A DNA stretch of 64,000 bases from Cladosporium halotolerans (Eukaryota), in NCBI RefSeq assembly GCF_011745625.1, contig NW_027191460.1:558001-622000 (forward strand), in the 5' to 3' direction. This document shows, one piece after another, positions 61,806 through 64,000 of this stretch (the stretch's first letter is position 1; every line of letters begins with the position of its first letter). The position numbers and the translations under genes are program-made. The notes beneath the pieces are model-generated. The model did not search any database, was not told the origin of the DNA, and saw nothing but the letters and a program-made list of their open reading frames with translations.

Positions 61806-63695
61806 TCACCTATGAAGCGTTGCCTGGTCCCTTTCCGTTGCCTCCCTCCTCTCATCACCTTCCAGCTCAGCATTCGGGACGAAGAAACAGCTGGCCCCAC
61901 AGAGACCGATCAGTGGAACCATAATCGTGAATACCGCCCGAATTCCTCTCATCTTCGCTTCTGCCAGAGTTATAGATTCCTCTTGACCAAAGTCATTAGC
62001 AGCATTCCCATCTGGCAGCGAAGAACTTGTCACGGCGTATTGCACAGCCGTGCTGACCGCAAGCCCGGTTACAGCGCCCAGCATCCGCATGAGATTTCGC
62101 GCTGAAGTAGCCACGGCGCGATCTTGAGGCTTGCAAAGAGCCTGGAGGGCGACGAGAGCTGTACTGTCGTTTAACGATGTGACATTGTCAGAGCACCAGT
62201 ATAGGCACTTACCTGGCTGATGAACAAAACCAATACCGGCGCCTTCGACGATGAGAGTCAACACCTCCGTCCACATCGGAGTGGTGCGTGAGAAGTTGAC
62301 TTTCAGTCCAACTCCGAGTAGCCAGAAGGCGAAGCCTATCCACATTACTGGACCGTATCTATCCGTTGTCAGCACATTAACCTTGATAGGCCTGACTTTT
62401 TTGACTGCCGTACCTTGCAAATCTTGTCATGAGCGGTCCAGAAATCGCACCGACAACACTAAGCGTGACAAGCAGGGACAATAGTAGCGTGGCTGTCTGT
62501 AGGGGACTGTATCCACGGACTTCCTGAAAGTACATCGGTAAGAAGTACAAGTCAACTTGGAAAACGAAGTCATATGCCGGAGCTTGAAGGAATAGGATCA
62601 GCGTGGATCGCTTGGTGAATAGACGCAGAGGGATCATTGGGATCGAGGCCAGACGTTTCTGAATCACGAAGAACAGGAACCAGCTGGCAGCTCCAATGCT
62701 CAGCATTGATATGACCATGGCGCTGTTCCAAGGCCATTTCGAACCGCCGTAATTTATCGGAAGCTGATGAGTTGCGTCAGCCAATCCAATCACAGGTGAT
62801 GCACAAGGTCGATTACACTCACCAACAAGAACACCATCGCCGTTACGACTACAACGAGACCCATCCAATCAATCCTGCCCAACTTCTCCCTCCAGCTCCC
62901 AACGACCGGCTTCAACGGAAGCAGAAACCCCATGAACACCAGACAGACGCTCGCAAGAATCGGCGGCATCCAGAAAATCCACCTCCACGCCTCGCCTCCC
63001 CTCCGCAGCATCTCAGCCGCAATGAAAGGTCCCGTGCAAGAACCGAGTCCGATCGCCGTACTAAGCAGCCCCTGGTACTTCCCTCGGTCTCTCATGCTCA
63101 CGAGATCGCTCACGACAATCGTCACGACTGAGCTAACCCCGCCACCTCCAACACCGCTCAGCGCCCGACAGACATACAGCCAAGTCGGTGTCTGCGCAAA
63201 ACCGCACAGCACGCCACCGAGCACGATAAAACCAAGCGAAGTCATCAAGACTGGCTTCCTGCCAAAGACGTCCGACAGCCTGCCGTACAGCGGTTGGCAG
63301 GCTGCTTGGCCCATCAGGTAAGCTGTGCCGGCCCAGGTGATGGATGTACCGGCGTTGAGCGAGCTGCCGATGGCTGGGAGAGCGGTTGCAACGGCGTTGA
63401 TGTCGAGGGTTGAGATGAAGTACGCCGTCGAGAGGCAGGCGTAGACGAGCATTAGGCGGGGGAAGGGGAGGCGGGAGGTTTGGTCGTGGATGTCTGTAGT
63501 GTCGATGGACGTGGGTTCGATTATTCGCGGTTGCGGAGATGCGGTGCTGTGGTTAGTGTCATGGCTTCTACGGATTGATGTTTGTGAAGTAGAATTCTGA
63601 GGGCTGTGGTGTTGGTCTTCCTCATGTGTAGTCGACGTTCGCTGTGGCGCGTGAGCCGGGTCGATGATGTCGAGTGTGACTGTTTCGGTTGCCAT
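61806..63695 (-). CDS. MFS DHA2-type efflux transporter, 3 introns
   Basis: LDINAVATALP, WAGTAYL, LYGRLSDVFGRK, RALSGVGGGG, DLVSMRDRGKYQG, WRWIFW. Introns at 62822-62764, after MTRFAR, and 62212-62159. Confidence 0.92.
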
Positions 63696-64000
63696 TGGAA
63701 CAATTATGGATGTAACGGCATCATCTAGGGTACGATGAACTTTTCAAAGAAGTCCTGAGAAGGTGATGCTGGAATTTGTTTTGGAGATAACTGCGATTGA
63801 TCTGGTTGCCGAGGCAAAGTAATCCTGGGGCAGGCAACTTGGCGATCTGGTGAAGAGTCATATGTTCTCATCAAACCGATTTCCACAGCTTCACCAAGCA
63901 TAGTACTGAGAACGAAAGTCCACTACAAGCAACGCGAAGAAGTCCCCCTTCTTGCGAAGAGAAGAGTCGATACCGTTGAGGCGTACACCTGGCAGCTCTT

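Overview
Eukaryotic, gene-dense window from a filamentous ascomycete. The short GT-AG introns with CTRAC branch points and the gene set look Dothideomycete-like, but the taxon is an inference. I find about 25 intact protein-coding genes, two disrupted genes, and no rRNA, tRNA, CRISPR or recognisable transposon. Housekeeping blocks are: PBS2 MAPKK, an auxin-efflux-type carrier, CPS1/DIP2, SPC97 head-to-head with PUP2, carboxypeptidase Y head-to-head with SDO1, an Spd1-like RNR inhibitor, a Zn2Cys6 factor, DUF1989 and a RecQ helicase. These blocks flank a ~14 kb accessory-looking stretch (24.5-38.2 kb). It holds a BBE-like FAD oxidase and a decayed stand-alone PKS-type acyltransferase (AT) pseudogene that the ORF track does not show as a gene. 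The AT sits head-to-head with a twice-frameshifted asparagine-synthetase-like amidotransferase. The stretch ends with an intact trio of secreted heme-thiolate peroxygenase, CFEM/Pth11 receptor and secreted GMC oxidoreductase. The AT+amidotransferase relic and the peroxygenase-CFEM-GMC trio are the best candidates for undescribed systems. All calls come from manual translation and motif recognition. No searches were run, and splice sites are hand-predicted.
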